Below are positions 26,053-39,121 of a stretch of DNA of 64,000 bases, in pieces. Numbering within the stretch: the stretch's first letter is position 1; every line of letters begins with the position of its first letter. The position numbers and the translations under genes are program-made. This DNA comes from Dimorphilus gyrociliatus. Its lineage: Eukaryota > Animalia > Annelida. Under the pieces are notes generated by a model. It was given only the letters and a program-made list of their open reading frames with translations, was not told the DNA's origin and ran no database searches. Location of the stretch: positions 1 through 64,000 of the forward strand of contig CAJFCJ010000028.1 in assembly GCA_904063045.1 (NCBI GenBank), in the 5' to 3' direction.

Positions 26053-27382
26053 TTCTCTCTTTCGTCTAATGAGGCTATTATAACTTTTACTACTTCTAGT
26101 AATTCTTGTTATTTATTTATTTTAGTTATTAACCTTTTCAAAGGTATTGAGAGGTATTAAAGCCATTTTTTTTTTACTCTTTCTTTACCGCTTCTTCTCT
26201 CTTTTTCTCTTTTCTGACTAGATTATTCTCGTGCACTCATAAAAAAGAATCTGCGTAGAGCTAGGTATACGGTTGTAAAAATATACCTCGAATATAATCT
26301 CATCTACGCAGCATAGTCTTTCATTACTTAAACTTTATTCTATCTAACCCTGTCCTATTTCCTTTAAGTATATTCTTTAAAATCTCTTGCGCAGATTAAG
26401 TATTTTCCAATAGTCAGTCGTAGCTTTAGTTGCAGCTGTTAACCAAAAAAATTCGGTAGAAAAATATATTTAAGAAATATCGTGTTTAAAAAAATAATAC
26501 ATCTATATTTATAAATTCTTCTCTTTATTATAATATTTACCTTTCTTCTTAATTAACTAGAGTTGCGTTTTTTTCAATAACATTCTATGTAACTCGAAAA
26601 ATCCAAAATTGTAAGCGTATACTGCAAAATCATATATTGGCTAAATTAGCTGTAATAATTATATAGTTTTTGTATGTCCTTTTGGAAGTGAACAACAGTG
26701 GAGCTTAAGAGGAACAAAAAGAAAAAGAGATGAGTAGAGGAGAATCTTACAAAAAAGCGAAAATAGAAAAATTAATTTTGTATTAAAAAATATAATAGAT
26801 AGATATTTACATAGATGTAGTATATTCTTGTCTATAGACCATTAATACTATCTTCATCACTATTGAGGAGTAACGTAATTGACTTTAAGCCTAACGCTAT
26901 GGAATCAATCTCTTGATTTAGACGTTTTTTTAAAAAAACGAATAATTAACATATAATATATCGTATTAATTAAAGAAAGTGAATAGAAAGGTTTTAATTA
27001 ATCTTAACTGTTTACAATTAAAACAGATTTCTTTATTCTTTCTGATGTTTTTGGTATTTTTTTCCTCTTCATTAATTTCAAATGGGCAATCTCAAGGTCA
27101 GTTGACTTGAGGTTTCCCAGCCCTTACTCTCTGATGTACTATAAAAACTACTTTTCTATTTAAAATCAGAATATAGAAAATGTTCAAGTTGTTATCAATT
27201 TAATAATTATTTCTTATTCGCCTCTTATTTATATAATCAACTTTTGATTATTTAAGACCTAATTAGAAATGGTTTAATTAGGGAATAAGGTTAAAGCGGT
27301 ATTTATATAAATAGAGATTTATTATAGCACTGCAAAGCCTATTGATAACGTATTATATAAGTTAAAAATAAATACATACACT

Positions 27383-27426
<44 letters not shown>

Positions 27427-30400
27427 ACAGTATATATAAGTATATCTCTCTTATCTTTTGGATTTTATTTTGCCTTTCTCCCCACAGATCAATTGTTGAT
27501 CAAAACATTCCAAGAGTAACAATTGAACAGTTACGAAACTTCACCAAATTGGAAAAACTGTAAGTTTTTTACTATTACTTTTTATAATATTATTACTATA
27601 TCTTTCTATAAGTTTTGTATAAATTGTCTCTTATCTTGATACTGTTCCATAAAGGTCTACCCTTACTATATTCAATGTCTATCATTTTAGAGTATAAACA
27701 TTTTATACATCGTAAGTGGCACATATTTATATACGTATAATATGTCAAATGCTCAGGCTTCTGGAAGCCTTATATTGGTTGTTATCCTCTAACGAACGCC
27801 GGTCGAACGTAAAAAATCTGATGGTAGGCTAAGTTTAGACAAATTTCTCCGAATTACAAAATTATTCTGTTAAAGGTTATTAGCATTAATTAACGGAACA
27901 GGCCACTTTTATAATAAAAGATAGTATAGCCGGAATATTATCTATTAGGAAAAGATTTCCTTTCAACCCCGAAGCCCAGCAAAAAAAAGGGCTTTGATTG
28001 ACAGAAAATACCTTTAATAATAAAATCATTGATTACTAAACATAGAATAAAAGTACATAAAAAACATAGGGGATGTGATAAAACTTGGTAAAATAATGCA
28101 GGCCAACGAAGAATTTCTTGGATAATTACTTATAAATGTGTTTGTATAAAATATTCTCTTTCTGTTCTTTAGAGTCTTTTGCCTACATTCGTCAACTTTT
28201 AAAAAGGAAAATGACGCTTGTAAATAATACAATTAACAAAGGTCTTATAGGTAGAGCTGACAGTTAAACTATTTATTTACTTATAATACTCGAAATAAGG
28301 GTGAAAAGAATACTTATCCAATAAATAACTTTTATTTTTCTACTGAATTTCCTAAATATAGTTTTAGTAAGCCTACATAAAAGTAGTTGTATTAGAATTT
28401 CTCAACACAATAGCAGAAGAGAGAAAAGAGAAAATCAAAGTTATATAGCAATGAACAGTCACGTTCTCTTGTGAAGCTGTAGAAATGGTGTGAGACCTAA
28501 CGCGTGAAGAGAAAGAGTGAGAAAAGCGAAGGAGAGAAGGAAGTTATACTAAAAATAATTCCCCTAAATTCCCTTCATACCTAACCAATTGATAGTAAAT
28601 TGTACAGACTGACAAAGCTATGTTTCTGGAAATTAAACTCGGCATATCATTTGTTACAGTAATGCAGCAAATTTGGTTTTCTTTTACACAATTCCTATGA
28701 TAGCTTTGCTTCATTCCCCCTGTTTGGTATTTGAAGGGATGATACGCTTCCGAATCCAATTTCTTCCTCAGTAACTGTAATAAATAGGACAGTCGTCTTG
28801 GCGTGGTATTTTCTAAAAGATTTAACTCCACTTATACTGTCTCTAAAACCGAGAAATTAATTACACTCAGATGTATACAACAAGGTCAAAAGAAACGCTA
28901 CAAAAATGAACTGCTTACAAAAGCTAGTCACGTTCTGTGCTGAGCGTCACCGGGCGTTTCGATACACCTATTTTCTCGGCTCGACTGTCGCTTAACTCAA
29001 TCCTCTAGCACGAAACCTCACCGAGATTAAAGGATGTCATTCTCTTTTTATTCTGCAGGAAAATAGTCAACAGCCGTCTAAAAGAATTCGTCTACGGAGA
29101 AACTTTCAATTCTGTGCACACTTTAAAACATTTGTTAGTAGATTTTTTCCTTTAGGCCTCTCTACTCCTGTACTAATCGGCTTCATTTCCCTGTTTGCAG
29201 AGATTTAAGTAATAATTCGCTAAAGTCCTTAAATTGGAGGTTGTTGAAAGAGTTTAACATAACATATCTGTAAGTATATGAATAACAAGTAAGTCGCGAT
29301 ATTAAGTAATTGTTACAAGGGTAAACATTTCTAAAACTCTAAATGTTTTTATTTACAAATTAGTTTTACAGTCTAGAATGTTTTCTTGAGAAACATCAGG
29401 GAAAATTGTAGATATACATTTATATATACATATAGTATATCTAAAGGACTTTATTCAGTCCAGCAAACTTTACAGTTTGGCTGGCGTCCTTTGGGTCATT
29501 CCTTGTACCTATCAACCTCCTTATGAGATGGAATTTAGTTTTGCTCTCATCGCAAAAAATTACTTTCTTTCAACTATTAAAACTCCACTTAAGCTTTTGG
29601 TTGTAAAACTCTAATCTTTTCTTAATTTGTTTCTAATTTAGAGCTGATTTTTTTAAGCAACTATTCTTTCATTCAGCTTGTATTTGGATAATGAATTTTT
29701 TACGCACTGATATCTAAACAGGCACTGAGCAGTTTTGTAAAAACTTCTTGGGCTGTTTACTCTGGATTAAGCTGATGAAATTTACAGTATTGTGGAAAAG
29801 AGTGAAATATTTATGATTAAAACATACTTGTATAGTATATATCATCTATCCTACAGAAGAAAATATTCTACATCATAAAGTTAATTTGTAAATTAAAAAT
29901 AAGGGATTTTTAGAAATGTTTACCCTTGTATCAATTCCTTAATATCGCCACTGTAAAATTAGAACTTATTAATTAAATACTGATGTTTATCTTCCTAAAT
30001 CTCATCTCATTTGTAAGAAAAAACAAAAAAAGAAAACCTATCAATATATAATATACGTTTTAAGTGGTTATTTATATTCAATTCCCTCGAGTTTACAATG
30101 GAAGACAAATGTTTAGTAGCATATTTTAATCATTTTTTATACCTTATTCTCTAAATTTTCAGAAACTTACAAAATAATTCAATATCTTGCGAAGATTGTA
30201 GCATATTATATTTAAAGGAATTTCTTAGACTGACAAATGCGTCCTATGAAGGATCAGATAATTGTTCCTTTTCCGAGTGTGGTATGTAGTGATGATACTT
30301 TGTACTACAAGCCTATATGTACAATATATATATATATATATACTGTATATAAAAGAGGAGAATCTTTACGTATATCATATCTGTGTGTAATTTGACTGTA

Positions 30401-32649
30401 GAAGCCAACGTATTTATACGAATGAGTAAAAAGATTGCAAAAGCCGGGGAAACTTTATTGGGAACATGTTATGGTGCTGGAAAGCCTATGCCTGAAATAG
30501 AATGGTTGTATAGTGGTCGTATAAAGAAAAGAGTAAAACAGCTAAGTTCAAATCGTGTACGTTTAATGAATGTTTCATTAAACGATAGCGGAGAGGTTAA
30601 ATGCCTTGTAAAAAGTAGAAAAAATAAAGCGAAACATTCCATTAACGGTTAGTTAATTAGCGTAAAATCTTCGAAAATCATTAATCATTGTTTTCTTTTA
30701 ATTACTATTCAGCCACGGCGGAATATTGTGTTGAAGGTACTTTTACAGATAATTTGTATAAGTATATTAATAGATAATTATAATTGTGTAATTATTTTTA
30801 TTGCAATTATTTTATTGATTTTCTTTCACATAGCCAAACCGTCAAATGCTACTATTTCTCACCATGGCTCTTCCAAATATATCAATCTGATTGTTACGAT
30901 TTTTACTTGTCCAGGAGAAGTTGAAATAAAATACGAGAAACTATCTGGTGCGAATCAATCATTCGAACATTTTGGCAGAAGTATTACTTGGCGTCCCCCT
31001 CATATTCAAGTAACTCAAACGTGGAGATCCTATAGTTCTAGTGCGTTGTATAATGGAAAGTATAAAGGAATTGCAAAAAATATCATCGGAGAGTATCCTT
31101 TTGAAAAGACTATGAACTTCCATCGGGAAGGTAACAATAAAGACATCGAATGGTTGTTAAATGGAAAACCTGGTATGTTCGTATTGATTGTTATTCAGTT
31201 AAACTTTAGTCGATTAAATTCAATATGTCTCAAGTATCTTTCACTCCTTTAATTTTATATAGAAGCCGTTCAGAAAAATGATCCAAAAGTGCTTATTATG
31301 TGCAGTATTTTTGGTTCAGTTTTTTTACTAATAGTAATATTAGCTGCCTTATTCTTATCGGCCAAAATCTACGTAAAACGCCATCGCGAAGAGCTGAGAA
31401 ATCGAGGAAGATGCTTTAAATTCCTTTGTAGAATTGGTTCTGTTAAGGAACCAGTTCCTCGCCACGAAGTTCTACCCCTAAATAAAATTAACATGACTGA
31501 TAATCCGAATTACACTCCTTGTGGTATTAGTAAGCATACACTGAATACTGCTAGCGGTGAATGTTTACTTATTATATTATCTTACTCTATTAATTTACAT
31601 TTGCATTTTTTTCTCTAGTCATTAAAGAGATACCCGCTAGTAGTGTAAGTCTCATTAGAGAATTGGGCGAAGGTGCATTTGGAAAAGTATCTTTATGCTC
31701 TTGGAAAGTTAAGGACAACGAAAGCGATTTCCTAGTAGCTGTAAAAACACTAAAGGAAACGGGTAACGAATTAAAAAAAGACTTTGAGAGAGAAGCAGAG
31801 TTGTTAAGTACCTTTGATCATCCTAATATTGTTTCCTTTTATGGAGTATCAACCGATTCCACTGATTATATGATGGTCTTTGAATATATGAATCTTGGAG
31901 ACTTAAACAATTTCTTAAGGTTTGTCATCTTATTCACAACTACGAGTCTCTCGTTTAGACTCCTTTTATTAAAATTTGCCAACAAAAGACTAATCAATTA
32001 TATTTTTTCTCGCGAATGCTTTAATAGGAACAGGGGACCTGATGCTAAATATTTGTCACCCTTTAGAAGTCGAAGAGACTCTGAAACATCTGAAATTGAA
32101 GAACTAACGACAACCGACCTCTTGTCGATTGCCGTCCAAATTGCTGCCGGCGTTGAATACTTAACTAGTCAGCATTTCGTCCATAGGGATTTGGCGACTC
32201 GAAACTGTTTGGTCGCTGACAAACTTACCGTGAAAATTGGCGACTTTGGAATGTCGCGGGATCTATATAGCACGGATTATTATATGATAGGTGGCAATAC
32301 CATGCTCCCTGTTAGGTGGTTACCACCTGAAAGTATTATATATAGAAAGTTTACAATATATAGTGACGTTTGGAGTTTCGGTATCGTTTTATGGGAAATA
32401 TTTACCCATGGCAAACAGCCTTGGTACGAACTATCGAATAAAGAAGTTTTGGATCATATTCAGAAAAATATTGTACTTGAGAAACCAAACGAATGTCCAG
32501 ATATTGTTTACAAACTGATGCTGGATTGTTGGACTCAAGATCCTCAAGATCGAATTCCAATAGTAGCGTTACGCAATGACTTAAAAACCTTGCATGAAAA
32601 ATCATTCAATCTGGATTCAACAAATTCAAACTATTTACAAGTTGTTTAG
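24373..32649 (+). CDS. NTRK: Trk neurotrophin receptor tyrosine kinase; exons 24373-24524, 27488-27559, 29059-29133, 29201-29269, 30163-30281, 30402-30647, 30713-30736, 30834-31172 and further TM and kinase exons
   Basis: Signal peptide exon, LRR exons of 72, 75 and 69 nt (e.g. DLSNNSLKSLNW), LRRCT, Ig domains and TM. Juxtamembrane NPNY, kinase LGEGAFGKV, HRDLATRN, activation loop DLYSTDYY and C-terminal YLQVV (PLC-gamma-type site). Confidence 0.93.
26000..26047. repeat. (CT)n microsatellite in Trk intron 1
   Basis: About 23 perfect CT units. Confidence 0.95.
27388..27422. repeat. (TA)n microsatellite in Trk intron 1
   Basis: About 17 TA units, followed by TG-TATACAGTATATA. Confidence 0.95.
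29290..29953 (-). mobile_element. Internally deleted, decayed Tc1/mariner DNA transposon inside Trk intron 4
   Basis: About 70-bp imperfect TIRs (left about 29290-29362 GCGATATTAAGTAATTGTTACAAGGGTAAACATTTCTAAAA; right 29882-29953 is its reverse complement, ending ...GCCACTG followed by TA). The minus strand reads, with stops, RLEFYNQKLKWSFNS*KKVIFCDESK...QTVKFAG, the Tc1 WxxVxFSDESK...TVKxGG region. Confidence 0.82.
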
Positions 32650-35649
32650 TTTTTTTTTATAAAAAATTTGTTTATATTCGAGGAGAGTATTAAGAAATGA
32701 GAAACAGAACAAAAAACATCTGCCTTAATTTGTTATTAAAATGAGAAAATGTGAAAAAAAGAAGACAACACAGACTATTTCAAATTTTTTGTTCAAACAA
32801 ATTAAAGGAAAAAAGAAAAAAAACTGCTAAAAATTTAATATTTCTTTTATCTTTTTTTTTATTTTTATTAAAAATTCCAATTCAAAAAAGAAACAAAAAC
32901 AACAAAAAATAAAAAGAAAAATATTGAAGAAACTTTTGATTCTCTACAACAATTTTTTATTATTTTAATCGGATTGAACAAACAAACAAACAAACAGATA
33001 AACAAACACGTAACAAGTCATACTTTTATACATAATTTTGTTGATATTCTGTATATACATTTGTATATATATATAAACTTATATAAAGAAGAAAGAATAG
33101 AGATAAGGAGGCAACGACTTTTTATAACAAGAGAAAAAAACCACTTAACTATAATAAATCAAAATCAAATCAGAGTTAGACTAGTCTTTCTTTTAAAAGG
33201 ACAAGAAGAAACGTATTAAGAGCTTAATAATACATAAACAGTATATACCGTATATATTAGTATAATTAGCGAGAAATGCGCAAGACCTTTTGCATCAGCC
33301 ATTATTTTATAAGAGAATTAGTCAATTCGGACACAACCAGGAATTTGCCTTCGTTTGAAAAATACATTTAAAAACGCTTAAAAAGATCTAATCACAGAGG
33401 GAAGGGAAACGAAAGGAAAAGGCTTGACTTTGGATAAATATTTTTATTGGATTTGAAATTTGAAGAGAGTAATTACTATAAATAAAATTTATCATGCAGA
33501 AGAGAGAGTGATACAAGGAATAAATTTTCGAATAATAGCTGCGAAATACTGTTGTAGAGATAGATTACAGTCTAATTCTATTATTAGAAAGAAAAGAGGA
33601 AAAGTAGGATGAGAGTGAGAGAGAAACAGAAAGAGAGAACGTGAAGAATTGCGTTATAGACAAATGGAAATATCGTAAAAGAGGATTACTTCCAAATATT
33701 GCGACTACTCTCCTTCTATCGACATTCTATATTCGGATATTATTGGAATAGAGGAGAACGAAACGAATCGCAAGATGAATAGGGAAGAACGGCGTGTAAA
33801 TAACGAAACACGACATAACCAATTGGCTATAAGTCATGATAGACTTTTAGCTGGTAATTCACCGCACCATCCACTTGTCCTTTCTGTTGTTTCTTTATAC
33901 GTTTATCCACGACACTTTCAATCCCCTTAAAGGTGGAAAAAATGGTTGTGTCCGTACTTGAATGAATACTCAAGAATAAATTTAAACACACCTCCAATAG
34001 CCGAACCTTTACATTCGATGTTTATCTCCAGCAATTAGCCTTATCATATTATAGATTATACTGTATTTCAAAATATCTAGTCAAATATTGTAAATTTGTA
34101 TATTTATTCACAAAGGAAACCTTATGCACTTTATATTAAATTATTAACAAAATCTGATAAATTCTTATAAAATGGATCTAAAAGTAAAATTTTATAATTT
34201 TATCTCAATGCAAGAATCATCAAAACCAGGATATAGAAAAATATATCTGTTGTACAGTATTGCAATATATATGTCATTGTCGTCTTTTATACATATGATA
34301 TAAAAAGAATAAGAGCCGTTTTCTCTTCTTTTAAGAATATTTCTCTTATTACATATAAACTAATCAATATTTATTGAAAGTATGTAATATTTTATAATTA
34401 TTGTCAATATGCAATAAAGGAAGAATGTTTGCTACTCATCATAATGACATTTCTTTCTGATATCATTTTATTTGTTTTCTTTTTCTTCAAATAAATCAAA
34501 ACTAAAACTGGGTGAAAGAAAACCATAATATACTCTAGAAAACAATTTGCTTTCTTACCCCTATTAAGTGTAAGCCTAATGCAGAATGCGAAGGCGCTCT
34601 AATGATACGTTTGTTGTATGATAAATGGGACGGATGCAAAGTTAAGAATGAATTATTTCATAAGGTGTTGCAAGTCTGTATAAGTAGATTCATAGTAAAA
34701 CTTGTGTTGGACCGATAAAAACTGAAATTATTTAAATCTATTGTATCTTTTGCGCAAAAAGATGATGGAAAGAAAAGGCCGCCATGCATGGAAAAATTCA
34801 AAATGATCAACTTGTCAATAAAATCATTTCTTAATTGTATAACATCTCTACGAAGAGCACTTTAGAAAATTTCTATTGAATGTGGTTCGTCTATTTTGAT
34901 ATCGAATTTGAATGTAGTTGTGTATTACAAACGACTTTCCTGTTTTAATTATTTTTCAAATCTTTCTAATCTTTATGGCGTTTCCCCTTCTAGGCAATTT
35001 ATACTTGGTGTTGCTTGAGAAGAGACACCAAGAACCATCTGCTCATAACGTCCTCATTTGCCAACAGTTCACCTTTAAAATCGCAGAAAAAGACAAAGTA
35101 AAACCTTGACTAAACGCGACCTCAGCGGGTTGGCTAGTTTGTTTAAATGAGGCTTTCTTTTGGATAAGAAAAGGAGTAAAACAGCATAGCCAATCTGATT
35201 GGTACAGTTTCGAAGTAAGAAGAAGAGTTTGTCTTTAAATTCCTGCCGTATTCAGGTGAAGGTGATCATCCAATAACTCGATTATTATAATATAACGATT
35301 CGATTTTATTTTCTTTCCGTCACATAAAGCACAATGCCATTGATAAATTGTCTATTATACAAAAGTACACAAACCCTAAATCAATGTTGTAAAATCTAAA
35401 TACGAAGATGGATGACCCATTATATATATGTTATATATGTATATTTCCATTCCTCTAAAACAGATTGCTTGGTAAGAAATATAACTATATTAGTAAGAAT
35501 AACATAACGTAAAATCGTTAAGAAATAAGCACTACTGACTGTTTCCTACCTCAGTTTAAGACTAGATATGACATGTTGCACACATGCATATACAGCATAT
35601 AGAGCGTATACTGTATATAAATTATTTGCATCAATATATAGAAACATTT

Positions 35650-37380
35650 GTCACAACTTTCTCGCTTAGAAGCCCTCTTGTTTGCTAGATAAAGGTGTGG
35701 ACAAGGTTGGAAAAGTTCCTAGTAATTATCTTGTTCTTGTTAAAATGTTTAATAATTTGGATAAAACTCCTACTATGCAACATTGCAAACTCACCATAAA
35801 TATTGAAACTAGTGAACCGTATCCTATTAATTTCCCTTACAATGTGAAGCATATTAATTAGGAATATAAAAGCTGTCAGATTACGTATCTAACGATCAGC
35901 GTTCGAGTTTAAATCATCAGTATAGAATAAACCTTTTAGCCTTTCGTAGAACTTTAATACCTAACCAAAACATTAGATCCAAATTAAGATTACTCGACAC
36001 TATACTGATGTTTTAGAAGGAATGGAAGCGAAATGTTTACAACATATAAAAATTGATCTATAAATAATATTGTGGAAGAAGCAGAGAATAATTTACAACG
36101 ACCACTTGCTTTGTCGTCTACAAACAGTATTCAAAGTTATTCAAAGAGAAGACGCTGCAAAGCCGTAATCCTAAAGATTACAATTTCTAAGAATGCTTTG
36201 CCGAAAGAGATATTGAGAGGCAAAAGAGGTTTTAATAATGATGGTAAATTTCTAGTTGATAAGGATATGGTAAGATATGGTATTGAATTTAAATGATATT
36301 ATCTATGAATATAAATATTTAAAATATATTCCATATCTTTCGTAAAGCGTAAGAAAACGAAAGTATGTGTTGTTAAGATAAGAAAAGTATCTTTGAAGTA
36401 TTCTGACAAGATTAGGAGAAAAGATTTATCTCTTTAAGATACTATTATGAAACGATAGTTAAAGGTGCTAACCTATACAGTATATACATCACTATATGAT
36501 GCAGTGAATGTACTAAGCATGTTATTAATTACCATATAATATTTAAGTTGCCTCTTATTTTCTCATTATTTGTTCCGCTCTACTTGTCATTCTTATAAAT
36601 TCACATTTCGAATTTAAAAAAAGGTGCCAATTTAGTTTACTCCGGAAGTAAAGTCTTATTTTCACTACAACGGAAGTATTTTACTTTCCAAATATCGGTA
36701 ATTAACTAGTAAAAGCTAATTTCCGCCCACCATCTCTCTTCGAAGAATCACTTCAAGGATAACTTTACTATATCCTGATCTACAGATGGCGTCCTTTCTT
36801 TCTCTCTTTTTTTATGGAATACAAATTTGTATTGATAATTCGAACTTTGATTTATTAAATTTACAAGTTTTCAAATATATATGACAAGGATTCTAAGAAT
36901 TTAGCGTGTCTCCTTTATTAAATTTGACTATTTTCAAATGTATCATATTCAATTCACACTCTTCTCTCTTCTATAAAATTGATTTTTATGTAAAAAGAAA
37001 AAAAAAATAGTCTAGAGTATCCACCTCCTCCTCCCTCTTCCATCCCACTTTATTCTTTTCTTTCTCAGGTATAGTTTCTCTTCTCTAATTAATTAATCTA
37101 CTCTTCTTTCTGTAAAATTGTCTAATGTGGAAAAATATTTCTACAATAAACAATAAACTTCATCTAGAGCATACTGGGAAATCTAATAAACACATATAAA
37201 CAAGAGAGTGTCTACACTTTCACAAAGTACCCTGTCTAAAAGAAGAAATTTTAGCCAATGTTATTCATGAGCTTAAAAGATCATATAGAGGATAAGACTT
37301 ATCTGGTTTCATTCAGACGTGCACAATCTGTTAGAGAACAAATTGACCGACATAACTTCAAAATAATCAACTTAGCCCTT
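35650..37380 (+). mobile_element. Possible highly decayed Ty3/gypsy pol debris (two patches, about 35650-36450 and 37221-37380)
   Basis: Stop-interrupted frames TINIETSEPYPINFPYNV (resembles the pre-RT segment) and VPCLKEEILANVIHE...DLSGFIQTCTIC* (resembles the integrase HHCC finger). Resemblance is by eye only. Confidence 0.3.
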
Positions 37381-39121
37381 TTCTTTACATTATGCTTACT
37401 ACCTGTGTTGCCTATTTGATAAAGGATTTCTTTTCTATTTTGTAAAATCGTATTATATGGAAATGCTAAAAAAAAAATCAAGTAGAAAAAAGGTCATTAA
37501 AAAAATAACGAATTTAGTATTAAAACAAAAGAAATGTCTTTTTAGACCACTTACGTATAGAGTATTTACATAGGCAAAACAATACATATTATAACTTTCT
37601 GTTGTTTGCTAACAGTCTTCCGGTGAACATAATAACAAGTTCCATTTCCGATAACGGAAAAAAATTGCTGTAAAGTAAGTTTTTCTCAATTTATTCATAA
37701 CCGTAAAACCATATTCAGCACAATTGTACACTTTATATCGTCTACTCTATGTATTTTTAAATGGTAACTCGAATAAAATTAAACAAAAAAATACACCTGT
37801 TAGAATTTTTTAAGTATATGCTGCCATCTATTGCTATGAATTAAAATTAATAAGGTATAAATTTATTATCCTTAGGCTACTGACCTGATTTATTTCTCTC
37901 TTATATAAAACAGTCTAAAGTATATAATTCGAGTTAATGTGTATATTAAAATATCAGTTTGTAATAAATTAAAGATTGTTACATTAACTGCAGAGTTGAT
38001 GGAGAACAAGTGATTATTTATTTTTAGCTTTTAAAATCTTTGATAAAATCTTTGGCTCTACAGCGATATTAAATAATAATTATACAGTAGAATAAATTTC
38101 TAAAAGAGAAGAAATGTTTAGCATAAATAGATCAATTGTAAAATTAATTCAGTGTTTATTAGCAATATTACAAATGTCGGCTAGTTACTAAGAAATAATG
38201 AATATTGAAACATCTTTTATAAATTATGGCTTTTTCGTAATTGAAAAAGAAATATATAAAAAACAGTCATTATTTTTGACTTTCTCTAAATTATATCTCA
38301 ATTATTGATATTTAAATTATCAAAAAATCTATTTAAACAATTAATTAAAGCTCCTATTGTCAGAATGATATGAATTTTGCTGCACTCTTTCAATCTTTTA
38401 TAATTGTAGTATGGCTGGAAACAGTCTGCACAGAAGTAATATCTCTATATCGCTCTATTGTAATCTTAATCATTTTCTCTTCTACCCTCCCGTCCTCCCC
38501 CCTCCCCCCTCCTCTCCCTTTCTGTCACTCTCTGTCTATCTCTGCCTTTTCTTTACTCATAATTTTTTTCTTTTTTGGTAGTAAAATCCCTTTTGTACAT
38601 TCTTCGAAACACATACTAGTTTAAATTTAAATAGGTGGCGCTAACATTACTTGTTTGATTAATGGCTATTACAAAGCGAAGAATATTGGTCAAGAGCAGA
38701 TCTCTAATTTCCCGAGCATAGGTATACAATTTGACCTAATTATTTAACCTGCTTCATATATACAGTATATATTTTTTAGACTGTACGTAAATTGTAGGCG
38801 TATATTCTACAATATATATCACTATTCTGTTTGTATCGAATGAGAAGCTACTAGCTGGGAAAAATCATAACCTATAAAGTGAAGATTTTATGCCGAAGAC
38901 AGTTTGCTGAATATGCTTTCAATGTTCTATAGCTGTATCTACAGTTTATATGCTTTATATATACTGACTATACTATTTTACGCATAGAGTTAAATTTTAC
39001 AAGCTGTTGCTTTTCCAATAACGGACTCTTTGTGCTTTGCCTCTAATTTAAGCATATTTAACTCTGGTAAAACAATATTCACTTTCAGAAAGAACTACTA
39101 GTATATTAAGAAAAGGATAGC

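Noticed and set aside
25888-26160. 90-aa ORF with an SLSLSL run
   Set aside because: Translation of the (CT)n microsatellite in Trk intron 1.
28947-28968. TCACCGGG, a miR-36-family-like seed
   Set aside because: No complementary arm at hairpin distance, and the 3' part does not match.
33849-33860. AGCTGGTAATTC, resembling part of miR-216/miR-304
   Set aside because: The seed (TAATCTC) is absent and there is no supporting hairpin.
35700-35740. GKVPSNYL resembling an SH3 C-terminal motif
   Set aside because: The conserved SH3 Trp and ALYDY elements and any exon context are absent.
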